Assembly: GCF_009914755.1 (NCBI RefSeq)
Contig: NC_060947.1
Length of the DNA: 64,000 nt
Reading direction: 5' to 3' (one strand)
Source of the DNA: the human T2T-CHM13v2.0 reference genome, Homo sapiens
A model generated the notes under the pieces. That model did no database searches and was not told the DNA's origin. It worked only from the letters and a program-made list of their open reading frames with translations. Both the position numbers and the translations under genes were made by a program. Shown here one piece after another: positions 52,736-64,000 of this stretch (position 1 is its first letter; each line of letters opens with the position of its first letter).

Positions 52736-54232
52736 AGTGAACAAATCTAGGTAGCAACAGTCTAGTCTTTTTTTTTTTTTAAGTCATTTCTTATCACTAA
52801 TATGAAGAGAACAGGCTACAACTGCCCACTGGTAAACATCTTTTTTGAAGGAGATACCAACACATGTTTAGAGAAAGAATGTGGCTCATTATCTCAGATA
52901 ATTCTCTGAGAATTTCTGCTTGAATACTTACAAGCAAACTTATAAAAGGTATTTTTAGTGTTAAAAACTTGTCGTTGTGTTCAGCAGTCTTAAATTTTTG
53001 AAAAAAACGGAAAGCAAAAATGTATGTACCACAACCTTCAACTACTGTTTTGTTTTAGTAACTTCTTTTTCTTATGAAAACGACTAACCACATTTAGAAT
53101 AAAAATGAACACAAATCTACAAAAGTAAAAGGATTACTTGGTAATTTCATGACTATGAGGATATCATGGGCATATTTTTTGCTCTATAGGGTCAGACTAG
53201 ACAAAAACACTTGTTTTATAAACAATACTGAATCTAATTTATAAATTAAACGTACGGAAATAATTCAGAACTACCAGCACTTCATTATTAATATTTTAGA
53301 TGAATAATACTCAAGGGTAACAAAACAGTACTTTTCAAATGATCTATTACACAATTTGTTATGCAAATTTCATTTAAACATATTGTAAGCTTTTTTTTAA
53401 AAGCCAAGGGAGGAGGGAACACGTTAGCAGTTTCCTTGACTTAAATTACTTAACAGACTATACAAAATTGCCAATACAAATTAACATGTTGTTATACAAA
53501 TTCTAACTAGAATTGCAACATGACGAAAATCAACCACAAAAATCCTTAAAAATGAATAAGCTCCATCAATTAATATTAGTCACCTAAATTAAAGAATTTA
53601 AAATGTTTTTATTTCTTCATATATTTACTTACAAAACTTATAAAATTGAAGAGAACTGCAAAGATGCTGACCAGGCAAGGTGGCAATTCAAAATTAATAC
53701 TAGATTCAGAAAGACTTTTAGGTCTCCAACATCAAATTAAATATCAATTTGTTAATTAATAACTGTTAAAACTAGATGTCTAGAATAATTAAAATTATAA
53801 GATTTTATAATTATAATTAGATGTTTATAATCTGTAGATAAGAACTTCATTAAGGCAATTGTCACAGATGGCAAAGAAAAATCTATTAAAGTTACATAGA
53901 AAGGAAAGGAAAATGTTTCCCTAGAACTTTGGGGGAAAAATCGATACCGTAAAAAGTTTACTTCATTTAATATTATTGTTTGATCTACCTGTGTTTTGTA
54001 GCATTAAAAAGCCCTTAAGTATTTATATAAATGACCTGAGAAAGCAACTGTAAGCGTATAGGCTTAACTATCCCACCAAAAATCTCATTCAAAAGATCAA
54101 CTCACAGGCTCAATATATTGGTTTTATTTTGCACATTTTGGTAAAGTAGCTTTAAATTGTCAAGAACATATAATTGAGAGAGGATGGAGAGCACCTTTTT
54201 CTTGACCTTCTCAACTTGGAAAAAAAATGGAT

Positions 54233-54498
<266 letters not shown>

Positions 54499-56104
54499 TA
54501 ACCAAAAATTTTTAATGTAAGATTTTTATATCCTTAAAGAGGGCTATCTCTAACCAATTAAGCAACTAAACAAAAATACCAAACAACTTATCTCCACTTC
54601 AATCTCTGAATATTGTAAAAAATCAGTCTACTTTTTTCCTAAATGCATTTTTTTTATTCTAAATACACAAAATACACAGTATATATATATCAAAGATACA
54701 GTCCAGTCTTTGGCCAGCTTATTTATCTTGAACCTAGTGGAATGTTTGCCACTGGGAGACAAATTCTGGGTAACTATATAGTTATGAATGTTCCTGTTAG
54801 AGCATTCAGATCATCTCACCTCACTTCTCTCTCTCCTACACTTACACTGAATTAAAGCACCATTTACAATGTAGGTAATCTTACTATACATTTTAAAATG
54901 TCAGGTACATATAACTCAGCTGTTAAAAGTTGTAAGTCATAAATATGTTAGAGATCTATTCATTTTGAAAAGCTCTGCAAAACAAAATGTTGACAAATGC
55001 TTTGCAGGCTGTTATTGAATGCACCAAGCAGCCCACATTTAAAGTGTAAACATCATATTTATTATCCTAAAAGTGACCCAAAGAATATTTGCAATGTCTA
55101 AGATGAAAACAAAAAACAAAACCTTTTCTTTGATAGGAAGAAGCATCCTAGTTTCTCAGATTAAAAAGTAATAGTAATAAAATATTCTATGACAAAGAAA
55201 CAAGAAAGACCTAAGAGTTACATGTTACAATCTCTAAAGCTGAATAGGTAACTCCATATTTCTTTCTTCTGGTTAATTTTTCTCTGGTACATAAATTAAG
55301 GCATAAAGCAGCAAGAGTGCAATTGATTCCAAACAACTTGGAATTTTATTGTAAACATCCCATAAAGAATGGCAACAAATTAGTCCAGTTTTTTTGTCTT
55401 TGAAGATAATTGCTTATAATGACTGATAACTGCCAAACAAAACATCTTTTATAAATCAAGCCAGTTTATATTACCTTTTTTACTGAATTTTAGTTTAACG
55501 GACATTTTGCCCATATACAATATCATATCAACTATGAACTGATTTTCCATCTTAAAATGTATGGATACCAAGAACAAAAAAAAGGTACAGTTATGTTAAT
55601 ACTGTGTAAGACATTACAAAAGACAAGAATGATAAGTTACAGGACAAAGAAATAAATTACTGATTGCCATCACCACAGTATTGTTTAAGAATTAACATTT
55701 GTAGTACTGCCTAATGTGTATCTGGTGACATATGCAAAAACACATTTCCCAACTGGATTTCTAAATATTTTTGCATATCATTTTAAAATTCAATTACCAA
55801 TGGTGGTTTCATTATGTATCAATAGTCTTATTTTTTAAGAAAATACTTATCATGCTTTTATATGTCAAAGTCTCACATTCTAGATTTAATTTAGAAGAAA
55901 TGGGCATACATGTAAATAAACAAACACAACTTAATTCTAAACTGCAGGGCCTTTCTACTGTACTTCTCCCATCAATGAATCAAAAATTGCCAATCTTAAG
56001 TGTGGTAAATTAGGTGCAGTTTTCATGGCAGAAAGAAAAGTGAGGATAAAAGTAAGCAGGATTGAAAAGATGAAAAAAGAAATAATCAAGAATAAGGGTA
56101 TATA

Positions 56105-56158
56105 GGCCGGGCACGGTGGCTCATGCCTGTAATCCCAGCACTTTGGGAGGCCGAGGTG
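56105..56158 (+). mobile_element. Alu 5' fragment (54 bp)
   Basis: GGCCGGGCACGGTGGCTCATGCCTGTAATCCCAGCACTTTGGGAGGCCGAGGTG, then an abrupt switch to a purine repeat. Confidence 0.92.
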
Positions 56159-56260
56159 AGGAAGGAAGGAAGGAGGGAAGGAAGAGAGGGAGGGAGGGAG
56201 GGGGGAGGGAGGAATGAAGGAATGAAGGAAGAAGGAAGGAGAAAAGAAAAAAGAAAGAAA
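56158..56260 (+). repeat. (GGAA)n/(GGGA)n polypurine tract
   Basis: About 100 bp, almost entirely purine. Confidence 0.93.
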
Positions 56261-59200
56261 CCTGAGTGCTACCCATATTCCACAAAATATAGCACCGTGA
56301 AAAAACTTAATTTTATATTGCAATTTAATCAAAACTTGGTAAAGAAGCTTTGCTAAAAGATGAGAAACAAAAAAGCATGAAAATACTTTCACACTAGTTT
56401 TTGAAATAAGCCATAAAAGTGACTTTAGAATATTCTATTTCTGATAAACCTTTCATAAAGCCTCACGTTCCACAAAAATATTGGGGATGGGGTTAGCATT
56501 TAAAACAATGGACTTTACATGTCGAAAGTTCCATCCCTTCCCCTAGAACTATTCATCACAGAACTCAAAATGTTACTGTAATTGTTTAAAAGGCTGGACA
56601 GCAAAGTATACTGAAAATTATATATGATGCAAGTCTCCCTTTTATGGATGTGAAAATTCCAACTTGAAGATAAGTACCAGTTGGTAAATGTACATAAAAT
56701 GATTTCCAACATACATCAGCTGTAAAAGGTGTTTAATTCCCCATTACCACAAACATACAAATTTTTGAAAAATGCTCAAAAAAGTTTTATCAAAAAGTTA
56801 GAAGTGGCATTTATATCTTTCTCTCTCAATCACTCTATTATTGTCTGATGACAATCTATGGGATTAAAACAAAAACAACAAAAAGATAAATAACAGAAAC
56901 GTACTTAAAAGTATTAGAAGGCTGAGTTAAATATCTGAGCGCACAGTTGTGCAGAATGAGATTTCTAATTTTACTCAGTTACTTTGTTACTTTGCATCTG
57001 CGGGAAACAAAGTATTATAGAGAAGAATTCCAACACAAGCCTGATTTCTGGGGAGGGAAAAAAAAGAAAAAAAATTAAAAAGGGAAATAAAAAGAATAGA
57101 GGGACACAGGTATATGACAAAACCTGGACTGGTTATCTAGAAGGCATAATGAATGATCAAGCAGTAAATATACAGGCTAAGAGCTGTAGAGAGGCAAAAA
57201 GTTGGCAGACTGTCCTCCATACAAAATGTTCTCTTTTTTTGAATGTCTGAGATAAGGTGTGTCAAGTTGGGGAAAAAACTTTACACACATACAAGTGCAC
57301 AAACACACATATACAAAAATTTAGTAAGTAGGCTAGTAGGCTAGTGAATGTTTTAGAGAGCATCCTATTGCTGAAAGAGAAACACACAGTAAGCCATAGA
57401 AGAAACACACAATTCAGATTTTATAAATATATACACACACTAAGATCTTAAAGCTGGGAATTTAAACATTATTAGCATTTATGAGAAATATTACAGCTCA
57501 CTGACTATTCATATCTAGCATAGGATTAGGTTTATACATGTATATGCTCTCACGGGCCTAAATATAACAGTGTTTTTTCTTAGCAATTTAAGATTTAGGC
57601 TTTTCTTCAAAATTCTTTGTTCATTTTGTACTTGCTTTGCTATGGCTGGACCCAGATTTTACGTAGGTTTAAAGGGCCTCAAAGAAATTAAAATGATAAA
57701 GTAATCAATGTGATACTAATTACAACACATTCACAGGAGGTGGTATTACAAGAAAGCAAAGTGTAAATTGGGGGAAAAAAAAGTCCAGATATAAAAGTAA
57801 AAATACTATCTTCCAAACTTTTATTTTCACACTTATTAAAATAATTTGCATGCAAACAGAAAATTATCTGTTTGTTTAATAAATGATAACTATGTTTATC
57901 TAACATACCCTGATGACTAACTCTTTAAATCTTAATAACTGAAATAAACATTACAGCAAAATGCTGTTCACTAATATTTTCACAGTATTTCACTACATAT
58001 AAAATATGCTTTAAAATGTCTTCAGCCTTATTATTCTAATTATCTAATTCTAGAAAATCTTGACATTTGGGAAATAAATGTGGCATTTTTATTTTTCAAA
58101 ATAAATTATAAATAAAGCTCCAGATAGCCAAAATCACACAAATGTCAATTCTTCTACATTTCAAGAGGTCAGCTCTTCATAGAAGAATGTCAACAAAAAA
58201 TTTCAAACTAAAATGATACATGTGATCCATATTTGGGTATATCCAGGAATTTAAGTAACTATGTTACTTAGATCAGGATAAGCCAAAGTATTATTGATTT
58301 CAGGAATACAGGCACAATTTAGTCTAAATGCCCAAGAGATAAATAACCGAAACAGCACATTTTAGCAAAAATCAAATGTAGTTTCAAATAGGAACGTTTT
58401 GAATCTCTACTATGGTTTAAAGTGGCAGCTGAGTTACAACCAGAAGTAGTTTTGGTTTAGTGAAAAAAAGACTACAACAAAAAAATAGCTTGGTCTGCTG
58501 TCTAGTAACAGAAGTTAGTGCCATTAACAATTCACAATACTTTCTCTTAAAGCCTGAACATCATTTCCACTGCAAGTGAAAACTGCTTAAAGATGTTAGT
58601 CCAAGAATAACCCTACTGCCGACCCTACCAAAAAAGCAAAGTTTTATGTGTGTACGCCTTCCTCTGCACTTAAGGGTTTTCAGATGCATGAAATGATTGA
58701 AAGCATGAGACAAACACATTAGCTTAAGAAATATCCTGGGATAGCTAGGTATATACTAAGAAGTCTGTTTTATCCCATGAGCCTGATCTAAGTGCAACAA
58801 ATTTGCTGTTACAGAAACAGAAATTGCTATTATCCCTCTTACCTCAGAAATGTAAGTATCTAACAAATGAACAAATCTGTAATATTAAATTTGGGGAGTA
58901 AAACTGACCTTGGAACTCAAGCTCACTTATGGAACCATGTGCACTCTACTGCTGTAAACAAGACAATAAGGGTTTTTAAAGATGTTTTTTATCTATAAAA
59001 TAATGATTCACAACATGAGTGTGCAGTGCAATAAGGTTCTTTCCTGAAAGACTAGAACAGAAGAACCCTTTGGAATGATATGAGCAGAATCTATAAGTTG
59101 ATTCATAATACTAGCTAGCCAAAACATTCCAAATCAAACCAGGTGCTTTGTTAAATTTTAAGATTCAAATGAAAACCAGCAACTCACAGCTGTTAAATGG

Positions 59201-60091
59201 TAAGTGGAGCAGAAATATATAAGCAGTAGCCCAAGTCTACTTACACAAATATGTTCTAAGAAAGCCTAAGGTGGTAGAGCATACTATATTTATGAAACTT
59301 TGTTAATTACAATTATTAATTTGAGAGCCAATACAATTATTAACAACCTCTCAGCTTATAACTTATGGGGTATTCATTCCTACTAAGCTTGTTCTATTTC
59401 TCCTTAGTCAGTAAGGAATAACAGCATCTATTTTCCTTAATGTTTCCAGTAGTTGTAGTTAAGAGGTAGCTGAGCTACTGTTCAAAGAAGTTGTTCTTTG
59501 TGGATGAGGATTTTTCAAATGTTTAAGTTATTTAAGCTACACAAATTCTATTAATGCAATAAAATGTGATAGGAAAAAAATTGATGCGGGAAACTTTTGC
59601 ATTTGGCACCTTGTCTAGATTGATACCTCAAGTATTCTTTTTTAATAAAGTTAATGCACACATCAGAACACACCACGAAGATCTGCTACATATTTACAAG
59701 GCACCAACCCTTTCTCACCTTTAACGTGAATTATGCAAATCAATGAAAAGCATATCAAGATCCCCCCACCCCCCAAAAAACTGTAGTATAAATATATACT
59801 TCAGTTCAGTACAAGTCATGAAAGTTTGGCCTGGGAAGAGTAAAATAATCCAGATCGCTCTTACAATATAGAAACTGTAAACATTTAATAGCTGCCTTTA
59901 GGATTGGTGTATTGTGCAAAAGTTATTATTACTGGGTATAGGAATCAAAATGGCAAAAACAAACTATATAAAACTCTGTAAGAAGGTGCTATACTTCTGT
60001 GATACAAAAGCAAAAGAGGGCTATTCTATTGAGATAAAAATGTCATGCTACTCTTAAGAAGCTGAATGCTCCTTTAATGTAGTAAATCTGT

Positions 60092-60158
60092 AGTGTCTGT
60101 GTTGTGTTTCGTGTGTGTCTGTGTGTGTGTATGTGTGTGTATGTGTTTGTGTGTGTGT
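60092..60158. repeat. Imperfect (TG)n, read as (CA)n in the transcript
   Basis: Visible dinucleotide repeat about 230-290 nt downstream of the stop codon. Confidence 0.9.
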
Positions 60159-60382
60159 GGGCAGAATTTCTTTTAATTTAAGGCCTAATGAGTAAGGCTT
60201 ATTTGAACAAATGAAGTGTGGAGATCAAAAGTCTTGAAACAAATGTATACTGGCATAAATGGAAAAGCACCAATGTGAAAGGAAGCAGAAGTCCCCACAC
60301 AACTTGCTTTGTAGATTTCCTGGTAAATTCCCTGCAGTAGAAGGCCATTGAATTTTTTAAGTTATTCTAAATTTATTAACTG

Positions 60383-61170
<788 letters not shown>

Positions 61171-61427
61171 CTTTGACATTGACAAAATGGTTATTTAGGT
61201 TCAAAAACAGTCTACAGTTCCCAAAAATATGTGGAATACAATCATGGAGGGTGTCAGACTAAGAACTTAAATTTCTTCAAAATAGAAGATATTAAAGTGT
61301 TTATTTTTGTCTGCTTTTTTGGGAGAGGGAGGAGAATATGGGGGTGGAATGATGGCCATGAGGTTTAGGCAGAAGTTTTAAGGGCCTACTTCAGGAAGAA
61401 TTACCTGAGAACACTAATTAGTATAGT

Positions 61428-63730
61428 TTCATTCATTCGGTTGATAAATTCTTATTCATTATCTACTATTAGCAAGGCATTGCTAGAAGCTTTGAATACG
61501 GCAATGAAAGGGACAGTCCTTGCTGTTGGAATTTATATTTTAGTGGGAATACCTTGAAAGATAACAAAGTGAATAAATTAATAATAAAATTTCACACAGA
61601 CATGTTATAAAGAGGATTAAAAAAAGAGTGTATATGTGTAGAAGGGAATGTATTTTAGATAGGGAAGACTTCTCTACAGAGGTAGTATTAGAAGAAATAA
61701 CTGAATGAAGTCAGATGTAGGGAAAGAACATTCCAGAGGAGGGAACAGAAAGCAAGCCAGTATAACCAGAGTGGAATAGAAAAACAGTGAGTAGTAGGAG
61801 ATGAGTGCCAGTGGAGAGTTTTAAGCTGGAGAAAGAATCTGATTTACACTTTTAAAATAGTATGGTTGCTGTATATAAAAAAGATCACAGGGGAGGCAAG
61901 ACTGAAAGTGGAAGGAGAGACCAGTTGGGCATCCACTGCAGTATTCTAGGTAAGACATGACAAAGGATATGTCAATAGATGTGATGATAAGTGATTATAT
62001 TTGGAATATTTCCTTCTAGAGAAACCTTTAATTTCAAAGGTTGAACTGATGGGACTTGCTGACAGACTATATGTCAAGTGTCAAGCACAGAATGAAGACT
62101 GACTCCTAGGTTTTATGGCCAAAGCAACTGGGTGAATGGTAGAGATATTTTGCCAAGGTAGAGAACACTGAAGGAGCAACAGGTTTGAGCAGGGCTCAAG
62201 ATTCCATTTTAGATGTTGACAGAGATCCAAGACAAGACATTTTTTTAAAAAAAAAGAAATAAAGAGCAGGTAGATATACCAGTCTGGAGCTCAGGGGAGA
62301 GGGTAGAGCTGGAGATATAATTGCGGAAATTTTCAGTAAAGAGATAATATTTAGGGTAATGAGAACTAGGAGAGCTCACTGAGTGAGTAAGTAAAGAGAG
62401 ACAACGTGGCTGAAGACTGAGACTTGAGATGTTCAAACATTTAAAGATAAAGAAGAACCAACAAAGAAAATGGAGGACCAGCCAGTGGGGTAGGTAGGAA
62501 ACAAGAGAGCAGACTGGAAGAATTGAAAAGAAGACTAGGGCTGTAGATAATTACAAGATTAACCTAATAAGTCTGGGTGTTATGGACTGAATTGTGTCCC
62601 TTCAAAATTCATATGTGGAAGCCCTAATCCCCGAAGTGACTGCAGTTGGAGATTAGGGCATTTAGGGAGGTAATTAAGGTTAAATGAGGTTATATGGGTG
62701 GGACTATAACTCAACAGGACTGATGTTCTTAAAGGAAAAGGAAGAGATACTAGAGGTATTTCCCTCTGTCTCTCTGTAGAGGCAAGGCCACGTGAGGACA
62801 AAGCAAGAAGGTGGACATATAGAAGCCAGGGAAAAAGCCCTTATCAGATACCCACCCATATGGCACTTTCACAATGGACTGAGCCTCCAGCTCTGTGAGA
62901 AGATGAATGTCTGCTGTTTAAGCCACCCAGTCTGTGGTATCTTGTTATGGAAACCCAAGCTGACTAATACTTCAGGCTGGAGACTAAGGTGATAGCAGTA
63001 GAAACTATATAGAAGATTTAAGTGGTATTAAAGAGTTGTGGAATCCACAAAACTTGGCAACTGACTAGGTATGAGGGATAAATGAAGAGTCAAAAAACAC
63101 TGTGAGATTTTAAGCTGGGTGGCAAGAAAGATGGTTATGCCATTAACTAAAATAGTGAGCACAGAAAAAGAAGCAAGTTTGAGATGCGAAGATAAGCAAC
63201 CGAATATTTTTATTTTTTTATTTTTTAAGGAAGCACTTGGAAATTATTCTAATAGAATAAAGAGATATTTAAGCTCTGCATATGCATTTGGAGAGTCATC
63301 ACATCAAGATGACGGATGCAGTCATTAGAATCCTTTATTTGTGGAAGACAAAAACAAGCAAAAAACAGTGGCAAACTGCAAATACAGAGCAGTAGAGTCA
63401 AAGAGAAGAAACAGAAATAAGAGATATAAGCTAATCAATAGAGTATAGAAGCTTACAAGTAGAGTTCATAGAGAAGGTAGTCAACAACATGCAATGATAT
63501 AGAGATTGAAACTAAAAAAAGACGCTAGTTGGCCACTGAAGAGTACTGATGAATGTGAGAACAGCTTTTGAAGGGTGGTCGGGACAGACACCGTACTATA
63601 AAGGATAAACGACTCTGTGGATGGGAAAAACAAAATAGATGAAGGAAGCATGGGTTAATCTTGGCAGTGGAAGGAAGGGTAAAATGAAAAAAGGCAATGG
63701 CATAAGTATGCAAGATCAGAGGAGACACTA
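61428..63730 (-). mobile_element. Intronic L2 fragments (split by an MLT1 LTR)
   Basis: TTCATTCATTC...CTACTATTAGCAAGGCATTG L2 terminus, TCTGGAGCTCAGGGGAGAGGT and further L2 antisense motifs; probably two elements. Confidence 0.75.
62578..62971. mobile_element. MaLR solo LTR (MLT1A0-like)
   Basis: TGTTATGGACTGAATTGTGTCCC...CTGTTTAAGCCACCCAGTCTGTGGTAT...GCTGACTAATAC. Confidence 0.9.
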
Positions 63731-64000
63731 AAGATGTAAACTGGGAAAAACAAAGGCACTAATTATTTTCAAGTAATCAAATATGTTTCAACATTTCTTA
63801 CATAGCCACTATAAAATATCTTCAGAAAAGCCTATTTTTAAGTTATTTGATGGTTAAATAACAATGGATAAGCTACTTAATCTTGCATTAAAATGTATAT
63901 AAAATAAAATCTATATTCTAATAAAATTATTTGTAAAAGCATATTAACTATTCTTCACAAACTTCAAATAGCTGAACATGTTAGAACTTTCTCTAAATAC

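Noticed and set aside
61171-64000. A further BRWD3 exon in the right end of the window
   Set aside because: No convincing coding frame with splice signals; the interval is mostly L2 and MLT1.

Overview
This is primate (human-like) genomic DNA, not prokaryotic. The only host gene I can support is the 3' end of BRWD3 on the minus strand (X-linked WD40/bromodomain gene, recognised from its C-terminus ...[25 protein letters not shown]). The window holds part of its last intron (61138-64000), the last coding exon (acceptor AG at 61139-61138, stop at 60385-60383) and an inferred multi-kb AT-rich 3' UTR extending toward about 53 kb. Positions 1-52.7 kb are dominated by nested retroelements. Four L1s are full length with recoverable target-site duplications (TSDs): L1PA8A/10-like, L1MA2-like, a nested L1PB1-like, and L1PA4/5-like. 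The rest are truncated L1s, Alus, MaLR solo LTRs, Tigger-derived DNA transposons, L2 and MIR. Nearly all ORFs in the supplied track are decayed L1/Alu frames or shadows of them. I found no convincing previously undescribed biological system. The best second-look items are an open ORF0 frame in the L1PA4/5 5' UTR, an AATAAA 5 nt after the BRWD3 stop, an abutting Pumilio/miR-124 site pair, two palindrome-plus-duplication scars, an unexplained 91-bp direct repeat and a candidate CTCF site. Repeat subfamily names come from remembered consensus features and need RepeatMasker/Dfam confirmation; boundaries without TSDs are approximate.
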